A DNA stretch of 64,000 nucleotides from Octopus bimaculoides. Its lineage: Eukaryota. The translations under genes were made by a program, and so were the position numbers. The notes under the pieces are model-generated. The model worked only from the letters and a program-made list of their open reading frames with translations. It was not told where the DNA came from and searched no databases. The stretch is from the NCBI RefSeq assembly GCF_001194135.2, contig NC_068982.1, forward strand, positions 124,178,368 through 124,242,367. Reading direction: 5' to 3'. This document shows positions 63,655 to 64,000 of the stretch, one piece after another; position 1 is the first letter of the stretch; every line of letters starts with the position of its first letter.

Positions 63655-63761
63655 AAAAGAAAAATTCCTTAATTCAGAAGCTAAAACAAGAAAAGCAGCA
63701 AAACAATCATCAAATTACTGAACTGGAGAAAAAAATTGAAAGAATGAAAGCAACTTCACAG
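63655..63761 (+). CDS. CEP290: CEP290 exon: (E)KKNSLIQKLKQEKQQNNHQITELEKKIERMKATSQ
   Basis: ttcacag / gtatct, phase 1 to 0. Confidence 0.85.
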
Positions 63762-64000
63762 GTATCTACAAGTCAACTTCTTTTAATACAGAATTAAGTA
63801 TTTTGTATCAAAGTGCATTAGTTACAGTGCAAAGAAAAACATAAAAGAAAAAATGAAGACATGGTTAAAAAAAACCCCCAAAAAACAAAGAGAATGTATT
63901 AGGTTTACACTCAGAAAAAACTAGAAGGAAAAGTTTTTAATGTTTTGAGTGAACACTTTTATGCTCTCCTAAAGAAAGATGAAGAGAGAAAAAAATGGAG

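Larger units (their letters stand above)
1..63761 (+). other. CEP290: CEP290 gene body, partial (29 coding exons, 5' and 3' ends outside window)
   Basis: Exons with GT-AG sites join in compatible phases into 1358 open codons. Motifs CPSLEKI, YHRKFAVVRHQ, VLAVNEKAL, FKINALQK, EKQRAEHA, SRDKEVLSLRQQLLDFQAQSDDK, YAGAIPLSKQEKF and KEANSRAS are colinear with recalled vertebrate CEP290. Confidence 0.95.

Noticed and set aside
63762-63770. U12-type donor (gtatct)
   Set aside because: It lacks the GTATCCTT consensus; treated as an ordinary U2 donor.

Overview
AT-rich, repeat-dense animal genomic DNA with five N-gaps. The SINE/LINE and microsatellite landscape suggests an octopus or other coleoid cephalopod (inference). 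The whole window lies inside one + strand gene, CEP290. I traced 29 GT-AG coding exons (1-63761) that splice in compatible phases into an uninterrupted 4074-nt / 1358-codon coiled-coil frame matching the middle of CEP290; the start and stop codons lie outside the window. Introns hold several tRNA-derived SINE families, RTE, CR1 and RLE-type LINE remnants, a decayed Tigger/pogo transposon, hAT- and piggyBac-type MITEs and microsatellites. Best leads: (1) a CpG-rich TATA/CCAAT/E-box promoter with an ATG running into an assembly gap at 19.0-19.9 kb, probably a hidden nested gene or internal promoter; (2) a minimal type-I hammerhead ribozyme with a U3:A8 covariant core in a 278-bp TSD-flanked insert (63094-63371, minus strand); (3) a 530-bp near-perfect foldback and a 107-bp perfect hairpin; (4) a candidate 15-nt in-frame micro-exon; (5) a PHD-type finger inside an RTE reverse transcriptase. 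All homology statements come from recall and visual inspection, not from database searches, and repeat boundaries are approximate.
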